Origin: Kondoa subrosea
Taxonomy: Eukaryota
DNA: 64,000 nt
Reading direction: 5' to 3'
NCBI GenBank assembly: GCA_039545335.1
Contig: BCIN01000007.1
Coordinates: 1,046,530-1,110,529 of the forward strand
The position numbers and the translations under genes are program-made. Numbering within the stretch: position 1 is the first letter of the stretch; every line of letters starts with the position of its first letter. The notes beneath the pieces are model-generated. The model searched no databases. It had not been told where the DNA came from and was given only the letters and a program-made list of their open reading frames with translations. Below, piece after piece: positions 62,107 to 64,000 of this stretch.

Positions 62107-64000
62107 TCAAAAGATGGTTGAGAACGGGAAAGCACGCAAAGGCATGTGAGTTGACCTAATCAATTTGACGGCGGGAGTCGGAGACGGCACGGGGAAGCAT
62201 TTGAAGATCACAACGCATTGAAATGAACTAACGAAATCTAAACCTGCATACATACACGCGAAAACATAAAAGGATGCCCTGGTAGTTGCTCTATTTGTCA
62301 TTCCTCGACCTCATGCTCGAAAAAGGTGTCGCTCCAGGCGTAGGACTGACAGCTCTTTCGAACTTGTCTCTCTGTTTCCAAACATCAGTATGAAGCGTGT
62401 ACACATTGAACTGGACATGCTGACCTTATCGAAAATTGACAACGACTTTCGAGGTTTGGCCTTCCTCGACAATGAAGCATCGTTGCTGGCCTTGATGACT
62501 CTTAGTGAAGGAGATGACGGTGGTGCGAGGGGCACATTCTCATCATTGGCTTGATGTTCATGCAGGTGATGGTGACTAAGAATGCCAATCAGCCATGACC
62601 ATTGTTCTCCCTTGGTATGACATACTGATGAGTCCTCTTCTTGTTAGCCAGTGAACCAACATCATGTTTCTCGCAGCAGATCCTGACCTAAACCAACAAA
62701 GTGAGTAAATCACTCCCGCAGTCGCAATGGAAATGCTCACATTGTCAAGATCGTCATAACCATCTCCGCCAGCAGTGTCCATACTGATATCATTCGCATC
62801 AACCATTTCCAAACTTTCATCACCCAAGAAATTATCTCCAGATTCTGATCGATAAGTTCTAATACTTCTCGGACTACCGTAATTAGCTGCATTGTCCAGA
62901 TATTCAGAAGCTGGTGTTCCGCTTCGTTTGTTATGGAAGGTATTGGTCGAAAGTCGACTTCGAGGTCGACGCATATTGAGGCGAGATTCCGAAGCAGAAG
63001 CGTTAGCGTAAAGTGGTTTGCTTGATCTACCGACTGTAGGTGTTGAGAATTTGCGGCGATGTTCACGAACTGTACCGCCGTGTTCAGGACTGGCTAATTC
63101 TACTATCGATTGAGAGCGAGGAGAATCATTCTTGATTGATGCTGCATCTCCTTGCGGCCGGGCTAGAAGATACTTGATGGCCTAAAGAGAGCTCTATTAG
63201 CCTAGTCAAGGTCCATATGATTTGAACATCTCTTACGCTATACCACATGTCATGTCTTTCGCGAGTCGGCGCAGTAATCTTGATCTCTCGATTCCTTGTC
63301 TGCACCATCAAGCTATGTTGAGATAGACCAGGAGGGAAAGAGTTGTTATCTATCACTTGGCGAACACCCTCAATGAAGACTGCGCAAATCGCGTCAGCAT
63401 GGCAGCACAGAATTGGGCCAAAAATGCTTGAATACGTACTGCTCTTTGAATTGGACTGGTTGACATTCTGCGCTCCTGGATCCTCTTCACCCCAGTATAG
63501 AGTCTTGGTATAAGGATGCATCCAGAAGAAACGCTTATGCCTGTTCTCTGAAATATTCTTGCCAAACTTGGATCGAGTGTATTTGAACAAGAACTCGCCA
63601 ATCATAGTTTGAGTTATTGCGTGAATGACTGCTGGATCGGTAGACTGGCCGGGCAAGCCAGTGTCGTTATGGGGTCGATCTGCAGGTAACCCGTCTTCTC
63701 GAAGACCAGTATCGCTTGTCGCTGTAGAATCGTACGATTGCTGCCGAGAATGTCCACTTTCCACACTAGATACCACTGAGGCAGCTGAGGATCCTCGTGG
63801 CCCTGTCCGACGCGAGCGAGCTGTACCAAACTCGGTGACGTTGTTGCGCAGATTCTGAGTAGACAGAGCGGTTCGAGGTGCATTCGACTTTCGCGATTCA
63901 AAGGCACTTGCAGGCATACTTGCACCCTGCTGGCGTACAGCTGATGCACGAGGCTTGAGATAATTCGATGTATCAGCAGAACTGTCCATCAATTCGTGTA
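62107..64000 (-). CDS. NUM1: Num1/ApsA/Mcp5-like cortical anchor, C-terminal PH region (5' part outside window; stop approximate)
   Basis: TDPAVIHAITQTMIGEFLFKYTR..SENRHKRFFWMHPYTKTLYW..REIKITAPTRERHDMW and ENVRQDLLRETHDVGSL-like segment downstream. Confidence 0.85.

Noticed and set aside
1..64000. Prokaryotic systems (CRISPR arrays, operons, IS elements) or transposase/retroelement ORFs
   Set aside because: The sequence is intron-rich fungal DNA; no spaced direct-repeat array or transposase, RT or integrase motifs were seen.

Overview
Gene-dense eukaryotic chromosomal segment from a fungus, very likely a basidiomycete yeast-like species. This is inferred from the many 45-70 nt GT/GC-AG introns with CTRAY branch points, PCNA with a long charged insert, and WW-Sec24; it is not proven. 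I can support about 27 protein-coding genes, mostly spliced, so boundaries were assembled by eye and some are approximate. In order they are Hsp90 (partial), a PNRC/Edc1-type decapping activator, an Frm2-like nitroreductase, Tup1, an F-box protein, Sec24, an Msb2-like mucin, Sfk1/Frag1, phenol 2-monooxygenase, an orphan with an internal duplication, a VPS9 GEF, a GT32 mannosyltransferase, Rrp4, a velvet protein, Tim23, Zim17/Tim15, three related orphan genes, an A-T-R NRPS-like reductase, a MysC-type ATP-grasp ligase, PCNA, a GH5, a zf-HIT protein, an aquaglyceroporin, White Collar-1 and the Num1 C-terminus (partial). Main findings: (1) a two-gene mycosporine (UV sunscreen) module, MysC-like ligase plus carboxylic acid reductase, with no mysA/mysB in the window. 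(2) The reductase has a TAA stop exactly at its catalytic YxxxK tyrosine. (3) A 230-nt nested stem-loop upstream of the velvet gene is a candidate unannotated structured RNA. (4) A tandem family of three orphan genes shares motifs, and two of them share intron positions. (5) Tim23 and Zim17 lie head-to-head only 31 bp apart. (6) WC-1 retains a degenerate GATA-like finger. No tRNA, rRNA, CRISPR or transposase was recognised.
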